DNA of 64,000 nt from the NCBI GenBank assembly GCA_964016885.1, contig OZ024740.1, positions 142,228,001 through 142,292,000 of the forward strand, given 5' to 3'. A program made the position numbers and the translations under genes. The notes beneath the pieces were generated by a model. It was not told the DNA's origin, ran no database searches, and saw only the letters and a program-made list of their open reading frames with translations. The DNA comes from Eledone cirrhosa (taxonomy: Eukaryota). This document shows, piece by piece, positions 13,411 through 30,668 of the stretch (position 1 is the first letter of the stretch; the number at the start of each line of letters is the position of its first letter).

Positions 13411-13940
13411 CACATACACGTGTACAAATAATATATATACGTATTGCCTGAACACACACCCGTTAATTACAACAGTAACCCTCGTCTTCGTAAATGACGG
13501 CAGTCCAGCACGCTGTTGTTTTCGTTTAAGAGCGGATCGAGCAGATATCGACTAAAGCCATTTATGTCGAGAGCATGCCGCCTTTTTCTTGTTATCATTC
13601 AGGTACACCCCTAGAGTACAGAAGGTGGGTGCTTTTCATTTTTATGATGATAGGATACGTATGTTTATGCGTGATTTGTGAGAGATTTGGTTGTTATTTC
13701 TAGTAGATCAAGTGCACGTATAGAGGTTACCACATTGGTTCGTAGTTTTCTGTGTGTGTTCAAGTACGAAAATCAATATTTAAGAAATTAAGTGCGGTGA
13801 CTGTCGAAATAGTGAGTTTATGGATATTGTAGGGCGTGAAAACTTAGTGATTTACTATATTTATATTGTAGTGACGGCGACAGTCAGTAAAATTAAGCCA
13901 GACTTTGGAAAATGACAAAGAAGTGAGCTTAAGTTTAAAG

Positions 13941-13991
<51 letters not shown>

Positions 13992-14242
13992 AATGGAGGA
14001 GAGGTAGAGATTGGGTCGTATGTGTATAAAATACACCAGGATTGCCATTGTCCGTTGTTTCTTCTGAGTCAATAAAATATTCAGTAATATTATACTGAAC
14101 TTGGTTTCATGCAGCCACACTTCACTCTACACCTATATATGCTGTTCTTTCTATCAAAGGAAGGAATCAATAAGAAACATTGTTAACACATTTTTACTTA
14201 ATGTTGGATAAAATAACGTGGGTGATAAAATTTTATATAATA

Positions 14243-16473
<2,231 letters not shown>

Positions 16474-16633
16474 TGGCCGGAAGATAAGTACATTTATATA
16501 TGTTAACAAATCACTAAACAATATTTGGATCCATTTAAATCATAGTAAATATTGCAATTTTAATATATTTTAATAAAAATGTTGCTTATATTGGTAATTT
16601 TGAATACCATTTTTGTTCAGAACCCACACACCA

Positions 16634-17273
<640 letters not shown>

Positions 17274-17278
17274 GTATA

Positions 17279-17321
<43 letters not shown>

Positions 17322-17329
17322 ATATACTC

Positions 17330-17431
<102 letters not shown>

Positions 17432-17806
17432 TGTATACATAGTGTATTATGCAATACACTGTATGCTTAATTAAAAGCATTTTGAAGACCTTACGCTATT
17501 GTTTTAAAGTAGTGACAATGTCACTTACTTCTATTTTCAGCAAACAATGGGAGATAAGCTGACAGAGCTCTATTTCGTACTTGTTGGTACTTATCAAAGC
17601 TCAGCACTCCTCCTGTCTGCTGAAAATGATGAATGCTGGATTCTTATAGAATTCCAGTAATAATCAGGAATTGATTATGCAGAGCGGTTGCCGGTCCTGC
17701 AAAAATTGAAAATTAGAATTGGTGCTCTGAAACAGCGATATATATATATGAATGTATATACAGTGTATTTTACAATACACTGTATGAATGTAGACAAGAG
17801 AGGGAT

Positions 17807-17892
<86 letters not shown>

Positions 17893-18288
17893 ATCCCTCT
17901 CTTGTCTACATTCCTCAGTCACTGCGATTACTTATTCATGTCTCACCAATCTAAATTATTCACACTGTTGCTATTATGGCATTATTGTTATGACATCCAT
18001 AATATGAAAATCAGAAAACTGGAAAACTATTGTTCAGGTATATTAATACGTTTACATTTCAATATTTTAGGATTTTCGATTTTTCTTATATATTTCTTAA
18101 AAGGTCCCTAATTATTAAAGTTACATCACTATTTATTTATTTTAATCTTTATCTAAAATTTAAATAAGCTAAATATAGCCCTATATATGCAAATTAAAAA
18201 GCATTTCTACCAAGCTTGAAACTAATATAACTGTGCACAATTGCCTCCTGTGTTTGGTTCTTTCACTTTCAACTATATATATATATAT

Positions 18289-18432
18289 CAGGAAAGAAGA
18301 GTGACACAGTTTGCTATACAAAAAAGGTTTTTAATCTCATTGCTGACAATTGTTTCTTTGACCTGGTAGGTCTAGAGATCGCTACCCGCTTATTTTCACG
18401 TCATTTGATCACCAATACATAGTTGTAACCAG

Positions 18433-18524
<92 letters not shown>

Positions 18525-19383
18525 CCTCCTTAACCTCTGTATTAACTTACCTATTATATTGCTACTCTGTTAATGTTATCTTATACATGTATGTTATTGA
18601 TGATGTGAAAGTTAAACAAGCCAATTATTCGAACTAACGGTCCCTTCAACTAATATAGACCACATAAATATTGAACCCACCTCACACCACAAATATTACT
18701 ACCCTCACTACAGTGATAAATATTTCATCTGTCAGATAATAAATAATTCTTACGGCCACCAGACCTACAGTAAAGAAAATGGTTCAGTGTTTAAAGCCAC
18801 CGGCTTATCTCTACACTATATATAATACACCCCATGACAGCTTTTACATGTCAATTTTATACATCTGCCTCATGTCAGCTAGTTTTACACGCTAAAGTCG
18901 TAGATATACTATGTTTCTCACTTAGATTGAAGTTGTGATTATTTCAAATAATTTATTGCTAGCATTGTTAGAGTTGTTGTTATTGTTCTGATTGAATGCC
19001 ACTACTACTATATATAGAAGCCATGTCTGTATATTCCTTTCATTCTCACAAGCTCCGATGAATTGACTGGTTACAACTATGTATTGGTGATCGAATGACG
19101 TGAAATCAAGCGAGTAGCGATCTCTAGACCTACCAGTTCAAAGAAACAATTGTCAGCAATGAGATTAAAAACCTTTTTTGTATAACAAACCGTGTCACTC
19201 TTCTTTCCTGATTTATCATTACTCCAAGTGTTAACAACATAGGAATCACCGCGTACTCGCAGCCTCACTATGGAAACGACTTGTTGAGTCAAACTTAGCC
19301 AAGCGTTGATATCATCCACTACTCGGAGTACCATAACTGGACTACACCTAAGTGGACTACCTATAACAATAATCTGTTACCCC

Positions 19384-19384
<1 letters not shown>
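18289..19384 (+). mobile_element. PLE-type 3' UTR/pseudo-LTR remnant with an inverted arm
   Basis: 18289-18433 is the reverse complement of ~19063-19211. Contains an HHR, with (TA)n at both ends and internally. Confidence 0.7.
19052..19157 (+). ncRNA. Type I hammerhead motif with long stem II and core mutation (CTGA>CCGA)
   Basis: gct-CCGATGA-A-TTGACTGGT...ACCAGTTCAA-A-GAAAC-AATT-GTC-agc. Confidence 0.7.
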
Positions 19385-19470
<86 letters not shown>

Positions 19471-19601
19471 GAAGTTATATTTAATTTGTTGGGATTCCAA
19501 CAAACATAAATGTTTATAACTGATATAGAGCTCTCAACAGTTTACTGGAGTAAATATTCCAATATATTATTAAATGGAAACTATATTTATAAAACCATAA
19601 T

Positions 19602-19646
19602 TATTTTATTATATATATTTCAAGGGCGCTTTCATCAGATAAAATA
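19602..19646 (-). ncRNA. Minimal hammerhead with shortened stem II
   Basis: tattttat-CTGATGA-AAG cgcc CTT-GAAAT-ATAT-ATA-ataaaata. Confidence 0.8.
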
Positions 19647-20009
19647 CAAAATTTGTTTTATAAATAGTGACATAACCATGGAAAACAACCTTGACGGTTG
19701 AAAATTCGCTGGATAGTGAAAATTTATTAAGGGTAATTCAAAGTATGTGTGAATATGCAAATGAATGTATGAAAAATTGAGCTATACTATCCATTGGGCT
19801 ATACTATCCATTCCATAAAATTAATGAGAACTTAAACAATGTTAGCTTCAACTCTAATCATCCTAGATCTATTAAGAACACTATCGAAAATTCAGTACGT
19901 ATTTGTCGAATCTCAGCGAATAAAAACATATTTGAAGATAAGGCACAATATTATAACGAAGCTTTAAGTAGAGCAGGCTATATAAATAAAATTAAATACA
20001 TCGACAACA

Positions 20010-20801
20010 ATGATAAGGCAATTAACCAAAATATTAATTATAATTATAATAAAAAAAACTAGCATAAACTCTAAAACTAACCGAAGAAATAGAACTAGAA
20101 ATATAATCTGGTATGCACCTCCATTTTTACTAAGTATTAAAAAACCTTTAGCTAAACTATTTTTTAAAGCTCTACATACTACTCAATCCCATAGATACTA
20201 CTCAATCTTTAACAGACATACAATTAAACTATCTTACTCTACTATTATGAACCTAGCACAAAATATAAATAGAATCAATAATAGAAATCTAAACCTTAAC
20301 CAGAATAGCACTAATACCTCTAGCAATATCCAATATAGTAATACTGTTCCGAATAATATAAACTCTGATAAATGTAAATGTAGAATTAAATCTAACTGTC
20401 CTTTAAAAAATAGCTGTTTAGTTGAAAATGTGGTCTATAAATGCAATGTCAAAACCAATAATAATATTTTTAACTATGTTGGCTCAACTTCTACAGACTT
20501 TAAATGTCGTTTCAATAACCATAAATGTTCGTTTAATAATATTGGTAAAAAATCTTCAACTTCTCTATCCAACTTGATATGGAACTTAAAATCCAAAAAT
20601 AGAGACTATTCTTTAACTTGGAATGTAATATCGACAGCACCCGCCAACAGAAACACAGCTTTATCTAATTTTTGCAAATTGTGTGTTGAGGAAATTTTCT
20701 TCATACTTAAATGTAAGAACTCCATTAATATACGTATGAATTTATTTAGTTCTTGTAAACATCGCCAAAACTCAACTTTTAGAACTATATATAAAATATA
20801 A
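20010..20801 (+). pseudogene. PLE linker plus GIY-YIG endonuclease remnant
   Basis: RNIIWYAPPF, CKC...CPLKNSCLVENVVY...YVGSTSTDFKCRFNNH, CKLCVEE, CKH. Frameshifted from the upstream RT remnant. Confidence 0.88.
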
Positions 20802-22246
20802 TTACACGTTTAATTTTTTTCTACATAATGTTTACTTTATCCAAACACCTATAATTTCATTTATTAAAATGTTCTTAAATTATATGCATATATGTTCATA
20901 AATTCTAAATCTTTAAATTTAACTTAATTCTAATTTTAATATCTTTTACTTCTTAAATATATATAATTTACTTCTTAAATCTTTTATTGTACTTCTAATT
21001 ATCTCATTTTTTATCCTTATTTTTCATCTTTATTTTATCTTACTTCTAAAATATCTCATAAATTTTATTTCTTAAAGAACTATTTTTTAAGGATATTTTT
21101 TTATATATTTTTAAATATTTTTCTAATATTTTAAAGTATTATTAAGTATTTTTAAATATTACTTAATATTATTTCTTAATATTATTTCTTTATATATTTC
21201 TGGGTAATTGCTGGCCTTGTGCCAATAGTAGAAACAATTATTTCTTTGTATATTTTCTGAATAATTTTATCTATTTTTATTCATTTTAATCACTTTTTAA
21301 AGGTTTTTAAAAGGTTTTTGAGTATCTTCTGAGGTTTTTAGAGATTCTTTTTTAATTTAAAAAAAAATCTCTTTGAAAGTTTTTCCAGGAATTTTCAAGA
21401 ATTTTGTCTCGAATTTTTTAATATTTTATAATTTTAATATTTTAATATTTTTAATATTTTCTTATACTTTTAATAAATTTTTTTAATTATTTAATATTAG
21501 TGTTATAACCAATAACTCTGGCTAAATATATCTTTAAACATATCTTTGTCAAAATTGTCTCATAATAACTAATAAATAAACAAAACTGGGATTTTCAATA
21601 TTTTCCCAATGTAAAACATTAAAAACATATAAGTAATCTTATTTAATTTAATTTAATTTAATTTAATTTAATTTAATTATTTACACTAAATATGAACTAG
21701 TATCCCTCAACTTTATCATCTATAACATGATTTACCCATCTATCCTCTCATATATCTATCCTTATATCTATATTTTCTTCTATGCTTCTACTTTATATCT
21801 ATTTATTTTCAATCTATTTTTAATATATTTTTAATATATCTTTATATTTATTTTTTCTATATATCTAATTGTCTATATACTTATAATAGTAAATAAATAT
21901 TTATTATAATAGAATTTTAACAATTATTAGGAAATATACGTAACATAAACATAAGACTTATTTACGTTATATGAGCTCATCCTTGGATAAACTTCTTTCT
22001 TCTCGCTTTCTTCACTCTATTTCTACATACATTCCTTAACAGTAATATTTTACTTCTCTCTCTCTCCTCTCTCTTCTTCCCACAGCGTAATTTAAATAAA
22101 CGGTTGTTTTTTCAAATTTTCGTACATTCATTTGCATATTCACACATAACTTTGAATTACCCTTAATAAATTTTCACTATCCAGCGAATTTTCAACCGTC
22201 AAGGTTGTTTTCCATGGTTATGTCACTATTTATGAAACAAATTTTG

Positions 22247-22311
22247 TATTTTATCTGATGAAAGCGCACCAAGATTGACTTGGTCCCCCTTGAAATATAT
22301 ATAATAAAATA
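22247..22311 (+). ncRNA. Type I hammerhead ribozyme, intact core
   Basis: Perfect 8-bp stem I tattttat/ataaaata, CTGATGA, stem II AAG..ACCAAG attga CTTGGT..CTT, then GAAAT-ATAT-ATA. Confidence 0.85.
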
Positions 22312-22352
22312 ATTATGGTTTTATATATATTGTTTCCATTTATTAATATATT

Positions 22353-22432
<80 letters not shown>

Positions 22433-22435
<3 letters not shown>

Positions 22436-22965
22436 CGTTTCTGAATTTGTTTAGCAAGATTCTTTATCTGAAATCGTGTGTTGAAACCGATATTGTTATA
22501 CTTTGGGAGGGTCATACAACCAAAATTAAATAGAAAATATGAGTGGAACAGCAACATCACAACTTACAATTAAGGACAAAATGAAAACACACACACACAT
22601 AGAACAAACAACCAACCAGTAACATGTAAATAAACAAATAAATAAATGAACATAAACACACACAGACACCCGGATGTGGCGCATGCGCAGACTGAGCACA
22701 CAACACACACACAGAAACAAAATGGCGTAGGACAGAACAAAGGAGAGGCACAGAAACAAAGAAAGGAATCCCCAGTCACTGAAGAGGTCACAGAGTGTGT
22801 GACGAAAGAACTATGACTATATATAAACAACTATCTGGTTGTGGAACCAACCAACCAACCAACCAGAAATTTATAAATTTATAAATTTATTATAATAAAT
22901 TGAAGTGACAGCAACTGGTGCGTGTGTTTATTATTGGCAACATGACCCTCCCAAAGTATAACAAT
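22433..22965 (+). mobile_element. Short PLE derivative, same family as 3809-4870 (3' UTR/pLTR plus inverted terminus)
   Basis: ~22517-22965 closely matches 4432-4870, and 22433-22515 matches 3809-3891. (TA)n on both sides. Confidence 0.88.
22774..22818 (+). ncRNA. Minimal type I hammerhead
   Basis: agtca-CTGAAGA-G-GTCAC agagtgt GTGAC-GAAA-gaac-TA-tgact (5-bp stem I). Confidence 0.82.
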
Positions 22966-23104
22966 ATATATATATATATATACATATGTGTGTGTGGGGG
23001 GTCCTGACTCTTTTCCATATATATATATATATATGCATGTTTAAATATATACATATATATATAGGCATGTATATATATAGGCATGTATATATATATATAT
23101 ATAT

Positions 23105-23242
23105 GGGGGTGGGGTCAGGACCCACTTCTAGATCCCGGGCTCCTGACTCTTTTCCCATTACCTACTCTACTAAGTATTGAGTACTCTGGTGCGTTATGGT
23201 CCACCTGCTATCTTACGTTACCCTCTTTGTTATATATATATA
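23105..23242 (+). mobile_element. Fragment of the 'half-hammerhead' repeat family in (TA)n
   Basis: TCCTGACTCTTTTCC...CTAAGTATTGAGTACTCTGGTGCGTTATGGTCC. Confidence 0.6.
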
Positions 23243-24434
23243 TATTGAGAAAAAGTAGCGTTGACTTCAGTTTCACCGTACGCTTCATCTGAAGTATGTG
23301 GTTGTGCGTCAGTGTGTGTGTGTGGGGGGGGGGGGTTGCTAGCATGCGACAAAGCTACAATATCTAAAGAAAACTGAGATAACATAACTGTAGGCCGTTC
23401 TGTTTTTGATGCCGAATTTGGCAGGCGTGGATTTGTAATCAACTTTGAGTAAAAGCCTGATATGAGAAATCAACAGATTTAGATGTACCTGTTACATCTG
23501 TATGAAGACGCTTGAGGTTAAAATCATGTATTTTCATTTCAAGTAATTAGAGCGCCAACACAGGATCGGAATCACTATTTTGGTAATTCTGTGTTTTGCT
23601 GGCTTCTGACAAATCGATGACTAGGCGAGAAAGATGTTTAACTTGTTGCTAAAATATTTTTCAAAGCAAATAAATCTACTCATAACAGGCGGAGAGGTTC
23701 CCAGATCACTTTACTTCCTCAGATACTTATATATGTCCCCAAATACCTTTTTATCATAGATTCTTTCATCTAAAGAATGTCTATTGAACAACGAATACGT
23801 AAACAGAAGGAGATGTAGCCTCAAGTTGTTGCGAAGAATAAATTCTTTCACTTTAGGTGTCATTATTTCAGAACAATGATATTTCTATTTGATTCATTAG
23901 TCTAGAATAGTTGATCTTAATTTGTGACTTTGGGCACTTTTCTTGGATAAAATTCTTAATTTAGATAACTAACTTGTAATTCGTGAAGCAGAAACTTTTA
24001 ATTTAAGTCGACCTTTCACTGATATTTACTGACAGAGCGACTCATCGATTCATCACAGCAGACGCTACTGGCTTCCTACGATTCATTAGACGGAAATCGT
24101 TCAGTCATATATATATATTTCCACAGCTGAATGTATATCGTTTCATTTGTTTTGGGAAAACTTCATCTAATATTGAGGAAGTATAAACTAATACAGTGGA
24201 AACATTTAATTCTGATTTAGTTGTAGATCCAGTTGTGTCCTAAATTCTTCCTCCGGCCAACGGTCTCCGCTGCTTCAGGTCGGAATTATGTCTGTGTGTA
24301 TATGTCGTTAATGACATTGGGATAAGGCACGAACACTACAAAATGCTTAATCAAACACATATGTGTGTGTATATATATATATATCTGTGTGTGTGTGTTA
24401 GTGTTTATGTGTATCAGTATATGTAAATACACGT

Positions 24435-24524
<90 letters not shown>

Positions 24525-25142
24525 GTATATATATATATACACGTATCGTATATATATACATATAATGCATGCATGATTTCATATATATATATATATATGT
24601 GTGTGTGTATATATACATACATGTTTGTATATATTCATTTATATACTTGCACATCTTTCTTTTCATGAATTGTGTCTCTAGGCCCGGGTTAAAGAATGTC
24701 CCCAGCCTTCTTAAGACAATAGAGACCAATTAAGAAGATATTCCATTGATATTTGTGGCAGTTAAGGAGAACAGGGTGAGACTTCTTCACTGACTCCGTA
24801 GATTCTACCACGAAAGTAAGCACGCTTATATGCTATGGTGAACCAACTTATACAGCAGTGACGTTTTTCAAATTCTGCTGAAATCAAATGCGTCCAGCTT
24901 TGAAAAGAACTTTAATATTGGACAAATCAGCAATATATAATAAACTTTACATGGTTGCCAAATCTGTTACTAGAAATAGCAGCTAATTCTTCCTCATGTC
25001 TGAATCACATAACACGACTATCTTTTAAACTAGGAAGGACGCATTTCATACTTAAGATGAGATGATCATTGTTTCAATGCTTTTGATTAAAGGTTTACTC
25101 AGCTAAGGCTGACCTGGTGGTAAACAACAACAACTAGAACAA

Positions 25143-26018
25143 TCTATATATATAAAACTGAGGATGTCTGTCTGTGTGTGTGTGTGAGTTTGAATCTCCA
25201 AAACTCGAGAACCACCCAACCGACTGTTTTCAAACTTTACACATGTAATACTTATGTGTCAGGGAGTGTTCTGAGCAAAAAGAATTTCAAATTTTCAATG
25301 CCCTAGGGACCACATTAGGCGATTTAGAGATCTCTCTCTATAATTCTTAGTCTTTCTCTTTTTAGATAGATACATACATATAACGTCGCGCCCTTATAAT
25401 ATCGGTCTGCATTACGTCACTTCCCTGAGGGTGTCTGTCTCTATATGTGTCTGTGTGTTTGAATCCCTAAAACTCGAGATCTTTTCCAAACTTTACATGT
25501 GTATTACTTATGTTTCAGGGAGTGTTATGCACATAAATTCAACTTTTTGATCTCCTAGGGCCCGCATTAGGTGAAAAACTGCGTTTTTAAAGCTTTTTAG
25601 GGGTTTTTTGAGGCGTTACGTCAGACCGATTTCCTTGAAATTGTAACTATGTATTAGTCAGTCTCTTCTTCATACTGTGAGTACATAAAATCCAACATTT
25701 TTATGGCCTAGGGCCCGTGTTAGGTGAAAAACTTCATTTTTTTTAGCTTTTTAGGGCTTTTTGGAGGCGTTACGTCTAGCCAACTTTCCCGAAATTTCAA
25801 GGCATATTATGCACATAAAAAAAATTCATTTTCTTGATCTTGAAAACCTGCAATTTTCCTGCTTCATCGAGGAAAATCTTAAAGATTATCCAGCCATCAG
25901 AGTATTCGGTTTATTTTCTTTACATATTGTCCAGGCATGCAGTTTTTCCACGATTAGGTCTGTTGGCGGCCCGCCTTCCAAAATACCTTATCCCGTGCAA
26001 CGCGGGTACCACTTCCAG
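25143..26018 (+). mobile_element. Non-autonomous Helitron
   Basis: A|TC start, subterminal hairpin CCCGTGCAACGCGGG, CCAG|T end (CTAG variant), and internal imperfect duplications. Confidence 0.7.
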
Positions 26019-26199
26019 TGTCTGATAAAATTCATTACACTTTCTTCTTATTGGCTACTGTATCTGTATTTTCATATTTATCATTAACAGAATGTTGGGC
26101 CTTTGCATTCGTATGCGTTACCTTCCTGGTAAATAATTCTGGCTTTATTCCCCTAACATAGAGTACGTAACTCTAGACGACCGTAGGATATAGATAAAT

Positions 26200-26500
26200 G
26201 CCGGTATGTTGCTTAGTAGTGTTCCACTCATGAGCGTAAAGTGGTGAGGTCGATTCCCGGCAGCACATTATGTCCTACAATAAGACACTTTATCTCACAT
26301 TGCTGCAGTCCACTCAGATGAAAAAATGAGTTGTGCCTGTTATTAAAAGGGCCAGTTTTGTCACAAAGTTTGTCACGCTGAGTCTCCCTGAGAACCACGT
26401 GTCTAGGGAATGTTCAGTCATTTGCACGTCAATTTCCCATGCAGTCTGTTTTGTTGACCAAACTGCTAGAACATTCGTCGTCAGAACTGATAGAAGTCCA
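26200..26500 (+). mobile_element. tRNA-derived SINE (degenerate)
   Basis: GGTCGATTCCC B-box-like motif and body AAGACACTTTAT...CAGTCCACTCAG...CTCCCTGAGAAC. Confidence 0.65.
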
Positions 26501-27073
26501 ACACATATACAAGTTTTATTTTATCAGAACATGAAGATTATGTTGTGACCGAAGTATGAGAAATGTCCGAACTAGTATCGTTTTTGTTTGCACCAGGTCA
26601 ACCCTGATCGATCAGACATATGATCAAAAGTATTCCAGTACTGATCAACCAGTCCTAAGACGGTATGGTGTGATATGGGTCAGGTGTAGCTACTATTTCT
26701 AGCAGGTTGTTGGTTCCTATAGGATTCTCTTAACAATAAGTAACCAAAATATAAATTATGCCAAGGTATAATTTATTCTTCCAAATGTTCATGCATAGAT
26801 ACAAAGAGTGAGAGAGACACCCATACACAAACACATTTAAACGTCCATAGTTTATACAATAATGTACTTTGTATATGTAACCATATCATACATTTACTAG
26901 CAGAAATGTCTCATACATTCACATGTACATAGATAATATACTCCCATAGAGAAATACATACATACATAAATACATACATACATACATACATACATACATA
27001 CATACATACATACATACATACATACATACATACATACATACGTACATAAATACATACATACATAAATACATAC

Positions 27074-28745
27074 ATGATGGCTGCCCCCTTGTTATCGAGT
27101 ATGGCCAGTGCACGATATACCATTATTAACACTTATCAATTAATTCTATCGTGCAATGCCTGTGCATGAAGATATTTTTTAAAGTGAGGAAAGACTGTGC
27201 ACTGATCCAATCCCACTCTCTGAGCGACAGTAGCTATAACCCAAATAGAAGAAAAGATCAACATCATCGGTAACTACTGAGCCGCAGATTTTATATCGTT
27301 TCCTGAGTTGCCTTCTCCTAGAAGAATGCCCTGACAAAGGCTAGGGGTCCTTCATTCCCAGTGGTTTAACCGCGCGGTACATACATACATACATACATAC
27401 ATACATACATACATACATACATACATACATGGTGGCTGCCAACTCGTTTTCGAGTACGGCCACTACTTTATATCCATGTAGGAGAACCCCTACCGATGCG
27501 CTGAACGAGTGTGACTTTTTAGTCCAGCCAGCGACTTGAAAACTCTGGTACAAACGCTACACTTGTCACAATTATTGACACATAGTGCTGGGCCCATGGT
27601 ACTATGTGATGACAAGTGCAGAGAGATCTCCAGATAAAAAGCAATGCCTGTGCCGTGAAGCTTTTATAGTGAGCAAAGGCACTGCACAAAGCCAGTCCCA
27701 CTCTCTTAACCAAGATGATATTTACCAAAAAGAAGAACAAGTCAACATCATTGGATACCATCAGGGTTGCAGGTGTTATATCAGAGTTTTCCTTCTCCTA
27801 GAATTCTGCCTTGACAAAGGCTAAGGGGTCATCTCTCCCGGTGATTTTGGATGGCCATTGACTATTAAGAGCTCCTTTGCCCTTTAACAGGTTTTGTTTT
27901 TAGTCCTGCAGGATGTCCAAAGTCACCCTCCTCACCAAGAAACCTTGGTGGGGTTGCCAGTTTAGTCGCCAACGACCCGACCATGAGACAGGTTGTACTG
28001 GGATACATGTAACCAGTAGCACCAACTGGTGACCTGAAATACACATACATACATACATACATACATACATACATACATACATACATACATACATACATAC
28101 ATACATACATACATAATACATACATACATGCTTACATGATGGCTGCCAACTCGTTTTCGAGTACGGCCACTACTTTATATCCATGTATGAGAACCCCTAC
28201 CGATGCGCTGAACGAGTGTGACTTTTTAGTCCAGCCAGCGACTTGAAAACTCTGGTACAAACACTACACTTGTGACAAACATTGACACATAGTGCTGGGC
28301 CCATGGTACCATGTGACGACAAGTGCAGAGAGATCCCCAGATATAAAGCAATGCCTGTGCCGTGAAGCTTTTATAGTGAGCAAAGGCACTGCACAAAGCC
28401 AGTCACACTCTCTTAACCAAGATGATATTTACCAAAAAGAAGAACAAGTCAACATCATTGGATACCATCAGGGTTGCAGGTGTTATATCAGAGTTTTCCT
28501 TCTCCTAGAATTCTGCCTTGACAAAGGCTAAGGGGTCATCTCTCCCAGTGATTATGGATGGCCATTGACTATTAAGAGCTCCTTTGCCCTTTGACAGGTT
28601 TTGTTTTTAGTCCTGCAGGATGTCCAAAGTCACCCTCCTCACCAAGAAACCTTGGTGGGGTTGCCAGTTTAGTCGCCAACGACCCGACCATGAGACAGGT
28701 TGTACTGGGATACACGTTACCAGTAGCATCAACTGGTGACCTGAC
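27074..28745. repeat. Tandem copies of a ~610-bp repeat unit separated by (TACA)n
   Basis: ~27428-28040 and ~28136-28745 are near-identical (near-identical ORF-track translations). A diverged partial copy lies at 27074-27365. Confidence 0.9.
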
Positions 28746-28884
28746 ATACATATAAATACATACATAAATACATACATACATGTATACATACATAAATACT
28801 TACATACATGCATACATGCACTGTTTGTATAATATATATAATTTTTTAATCTTATTTAGAAGTGACTTCTACAGGAATAGCACC

Positions 28885-28940
<56 letters not shown>

Positions 28941-30623
28941 ATATATCTATATATAATATATACATATACGTATATATCGACATGCACACACACACGCGCG
29001 CATTTATGTATGCTTTTATACATGTGTGTGTGTGTGAGAGACTGTGTGTGTGTGTGTGTGTGTCAGTGTGTAAAATATGTAATGCAAGAAGCTGTTAAAG
29101 TTAGAGAGATCGTATCTGGACATAATCAAATACCGCTATGAGATTCTGGTTAACGATGATGGACCGCAGAACAGATACAAATTTAATTGTAAGTAGCAAC
29201 TGGAGATTAGAGCCGAATGCACTTTAATAGCCGTGATATATGAGCGTGATGTTGTTTGCTAGTGAGATGATGATGTATATGGTTTAACGTGTCTCAGAAG
29301 AGACGACGTGATAAAGATAAAAGTGAGTTTAAATATAAAACAAAGAAAATATTGAGGAGACATTATTACTGTTTATGTGTTCATGTGAAATAATTGGTAG
29401 ATTGGTGTCGTTTACACCTCTCACTTGAAGTACACAATGAAATTCAAATCCCGTCATATATAATACACAAACACACAAACACACACACACATACATATAT
29501 ATATACATATATACATACATGTGTGTATGTGTGTGTAAAGACAGAGAAAGCGATATATATATATAAATCTCCGCGTGATTGTTAGTCCACGTGCTGTATT
29601 GGCCATCAGTGTATTACTGCTACGCTTAACCTGGCATCATCTTGATGTATGGCGGCTGGATTAGGTGTGGTGAATTTGGTTGTACAGAATCCGGAGCTGC
29701 GACTCAGACACATTGTGCCTCACGATTGGGATTTTGAACACGTGGGCATTTATTTGATGCGTGTATTCAACCTGTATTACATGTTACTATATGTGATGTT
29801 TTGGTTTGGTGATCCTTTAAATCCGACTGGTTTCAACTTTAAGGACCATCTACATATGTTGTAAACCCTGGACCGTATTATTATCTACGGATAATCCACT
29901 ATCTATATAACCTCTTCGGTAGATATGAATATGTTGTGACTCCTCGCCACATGTGTGTTTTTTCAGGGACTTAACCATTTTTGTTATGTCATTTGCTTTA
30001 GCCTGATCATGCAATAACCCTGCTTTGCTTGTGTTTGGCCTGTATTTATTTGTGTGGTGCATGTATATATACAGGTATAGCACCCATGGTCCACATAATT
30101 CCGTAACCTACTAGTATACCTTGATTATGTATACTATGGGGAGGAATAAAATCTCAATTGGGATTTCTGAAGGAACCTTGGAAGCCTTTTAGTATTTCTA
30201 TAACTCTAAGTTATGGAGATCTAAATCACCTGTTATATGTAGTGACCAACGCATATCTTCTTTTGTTTTTTGTGTGCTTTAAAAAACTTTTTCTTTTTTC
30301 TTTTTTCTTTTTTCTTTTTTCTTTTTTCTTTTTTAAAAATGTTTTTATCTCTTTATATTATTATTTTTCTTTTACTTTATTATTATATATTTTAACTATT
30401 GTTTATATTTTTTGCTTTTGTGTGCCCTAACGTGCTTCTGCATCTTGAAAAAATCTGCCTGTACCATTGCATTTAGCTGTAGTGGTGAATAACAACCCCA
30501 CTATGCACTCTCTCAATACTCGCTATTTCAGATCTCCCTCTTGTTGCCCTCTATTGTATTTCTAATGTTCATGTGACGAAGCTCGGAAGAGCCTATACTT
30601 AGCATTGTAATTTTATTTTTAAA

Positions 30624-30668
30624 GCTCTGATGATTCCTGCCCAATGGTGTGGATGAAACATTGTTAGC
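30624..30668 (+). ncRNA. Type I hammerhead motif
   Basis: gct-CTGATGA-T-TCC...GGA-T-GAAAC-att-GTT-agc. Confidence 0.6.

Larger units (their letters stand above)
19468..22353 (+). mobile_element. 5'-truncated Penelope-like element (second family) with an inverted pseudo-LTR arm
   Basis: 19559-19780 is the reverse complement of ~22110-22353. Contains the RT thumb remnant SNHPRSIKN...YNEALSRAGY, a GIY-YIG ORF and a ~1.3-kb AT-rich 3' UTR. (TA)n flanks. Confidence 0.9.

Noticed and set aside
17620-17682. ATGATGA plus hairpin resembling an HHR
   Set aside because: At least three core mismatches and no adjacent stem I.
23440-24030. Possible old PLE endonuclease remnant (IREAE...RP)
   Set aside because: Too degraded to support by eye.
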